This document shows positions 62,524 through 64,000 of a stretch of 64,000 bases of DNA, in pieces; position 1 is the stretch's first letter; each line of letters starts with the position of its first letter. A program made the translations under genes and the position numbers. Origin of the DNA: an uncultured Gammaproteobacteria bacterium (GTDB lineage Bacteria > Pseudomonadota > Gammaproteobacteria > Steroidobacterales > JABDMI01); contig CAJQOG010000066.1 of assembly GCA_905479875.1 (NCBI GenBank), positions 632 to 64,631 on the forward strand, given 5' to 3'. The notes below the pieces were generated by a model, which was not told the origin of the DNA, ran no database searches, and was given only the letters and a program-made list of their open reading frames with translations.

Positions 62524-64000
62524 TTTGATTCCTGAAGCTTTGAAGCCGAAGTCGGTGTTCTTAATAAATTCTCAAAAGCATCCCATGGGTTAATGCCTTT
62601 AGCAGATTGCTTATCGATATAATCACTAACAATATCTTTGCCTAAATTGTAATTAATCACATAACCGCGATAATTTTCTATAAAACTCATGCCGGAAGTG
62701 GCTCGTTCTTTGGTTTGCAAGCTGTATTTCATACTTAACTCAATCGCTTGATCTTTTGTAATGCGTCCATCAAGATATTCTCTAGCGATATGATTTCGCG
62801 CGTGCGAGAGTACTTTAGAGGCTGCTTTAATTTCATCTTGAGATTCAAGTAATTCGGGGTTGATACCTGCAAGAGGATAAAGAACTTCACGTTCAAAGTT
62901 CTTTTTCTCATCCCCAGGAAATGCTAAATCGATACCATAATTTGCAGAACCTTCAGCGGTTATAGAAAGTGGGCTAAAGAGAGGATAAACAGAATATTCT
63001 ATCCAGCCTTTCTTTTTAAGTACATCTCGCTCTAAAAGGACATTCCAAGTGTGGTGTCCAGGATAACCTTCATGACAACCTAAATCGATGGCGCGACCTA
63101 TGCTGATTGGGAAATCAGTATTCACTTGTATAAGACTAAAGTAATTACCTTTGTACCAGTTGTATCCGCTCCATGGTTTATCTGTAACAAATTCAATTTC
63201 AAAATTTTCACCTTCCGGCAAGTCATAATGTTCTAAGGTTCTACGTTTGCATTCAGCAATCGCTGTATCAAAAACAACACTTAATTTTTCTTCAGGAATA
63301 TGGAACTGTTTATTAAAGTTCTCTAAGCGTTCACTAATCTTACCTTCGCCAGGTAAAAGTTTTTCGATGGTGCTAACAGCTTCATCAAAAATAGCTAAAT
63401 CATACTGAGGAGCAATCGCATCATATAAACGCTTGGTTTCTTCATCAAAAGTAAATGTTTGTCCTTGTACCATCGCAACTCGTGTTTGTGCTGCAATGAT
63501 TTGTTTCCTTAATAAACTAAATCTTGCAGAGTCTTTATTGCGTAATTTATTTAAATCACTTAATAAGTTATTTGCATCATTAGATAAAGTCTCAATGCTT
63601 CGTATTTCAGAGTCTGCGGCAATTTTCCATTCATCTGGTCCTTGGTAAGCATCAACAAAATCTTTATCATGTTGACCAATGCCTAAAGCCAGTTTTACAA
63701 AACGCTCAGCCACCATTGTCTCTTGAGTTGATTCATCAACAATAGCTGATTCTTGAGGAACACTTGAAGTCGTTGTTGTACGTGAATTAACAAACTCTAA
63801 AATGGAGTCTTTAAAGAAAAAGCCGGCGGCAGCTAATAAAAACAGAGGGATTAATACTTTTAAGAAACCAAAATTGCCAGTTTTTGTTATGTCTTTGGCA
63901 ACTTTTAATTCTGCTGTGGTATCAATTGGGCTTAGGGCTTTGTCTGGATTTTCTTCAGCAATAACAAATTCAACACTTGGTTTTGCTAAGTCTGCAATGC
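62520..64000 (-). CDS. DUF885-like putative metallopeptidase with an N-terminal TM segment (5' end probably outside the window)
   Basis: HEGYPGHH motif as in the DUF885 family. The frame stays open from the listed ATG (63716) up to base 64000 with no stop and no ATG, and it encodes a TM helix (FGFLKVLIPLFLLAAAGFFF, about 63810-63870). Its stop overlaps the M1 peptidase start by 4 nt. Confidence 0.7.
   Translation of the reverse strand, partial: IADLAKPSVEFVIAEENPDKALSPIDTTAELKVAKDITKTGNFGFLKVLIPLFLLAAAGFFFKDSILEFVNSRTTTTSSVPQESAIVDESTQETMVAERFVKLALGIGQHDKDFVDAYQGPDEWKIAADSEIRSIETLSNDANNLLSDLNKLRNKDSARFSLLRKQIIAAQTRVAMVQGQTFTFDEETKRLYDAIAPQYDLAIFDEAVSTIEKLLPGEGKISERLENFNKQFHIPEEKLSVVFDTAIAECKRRTLEHYDLPEGENFEIEFVTDKPWSGYNWYKGNYFSLIQVNTDFPISIGRAIDLGCHEGYPGHHTWNVLLERDVLKKKGWIEYSVYPLFSPLSITAEGSANYGIDLAFPGDEKKNFEREVLYPLAGINPELLESQDEIKAASKVLSHARNHIAREYLDGRITKDQAIELSMKYSLQTKERATSGMSFIENYRGYVINYNLGKDIVSDYIDKQSAKGINPWDAFENLLRTPTSASKLQESK

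Overview
This is a 64-kb chromosomal segment of a low-GC gammaproteobacterium. MetJ-type and PsrA-type operator motifs point to an Alteromonadales/Vibrionales-like lineage; the genus was not determined. I can support about 60 protein genes, 2 tRNAs and several non-coding elements, and most of the window is housekeeping.

Gene blocks in order:
- yaeQ' (partial), a small DUF3622-like gene, GNAT, PanE-family reductase, FAD oxidase, and metX-like with tandem MetJ boxes.
- FadL-family outer membrane protein, ArsR, alpha/beta hydrolase, MaoC dehydratase and a thioesterase.
- tRNA-Val, thrS, infC (AUU start, mis-started in the ORF track), rpmI, rplT, pheS, pheT, ihfA, merR-like and tRNA-Pro.
- An AddB/AddA-like nuclease-helicase pair whose last gene overlaps the start of a periplasmic beta-propeller (Reg_prop/Y_Y_Y) sensor with a degenerate GGDEF domain.
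- A gspGHIJKLM type II secretion operon with no gspC/D/E/F in the window, divergent from a rhombosortase-like rhomboid protease.
- fabD-fabG-acpP-fabF-pabB-pabC-mltG-tmk-holB-pilZ.
- A protein with two cNMP-binding domains plus a rhodanese domain.
- A TetR - thiolase - enoyl-CoA hydratase/3-hydroxyacyl-CoA dehydrogenase - thioesterase operon.
- sixA-like, 3-hydroxyanthranilate dioxygenase, an aminotransferase and a saccharopine-dehydrogenase-family gene.
- A membrane-anchored STAND/AAA-TPR ATPase.
- An envelope peptidase neighbourhood: YpfJ, DUF3857-transglutaminase plus a lipoprotein, and DUF885-like plus an M1 aminopeptidase.

I saw no CRISPR array, transposase, integrase or phage genes.

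I cannot point to one unambiguous new system. The best candidates for follow-up are:
- the output-less transmembrane STAND ATPase (52327-55374);
- the addBA-like pair coupled to the sensor (17979-27266);
- the orphan gspG-M operon next to the rhombosortase (27276-32916);
- the cNMP-rhodanese fusion (41969-43015);
- the coupled transglutaminase/lipoprotein pair (56516-59672).

Smaller non-coding observations are listed separately: a REP-like hairpin family, perfect palindromes, a candidate ThrRS operator and overlapping convergent 3' regions.
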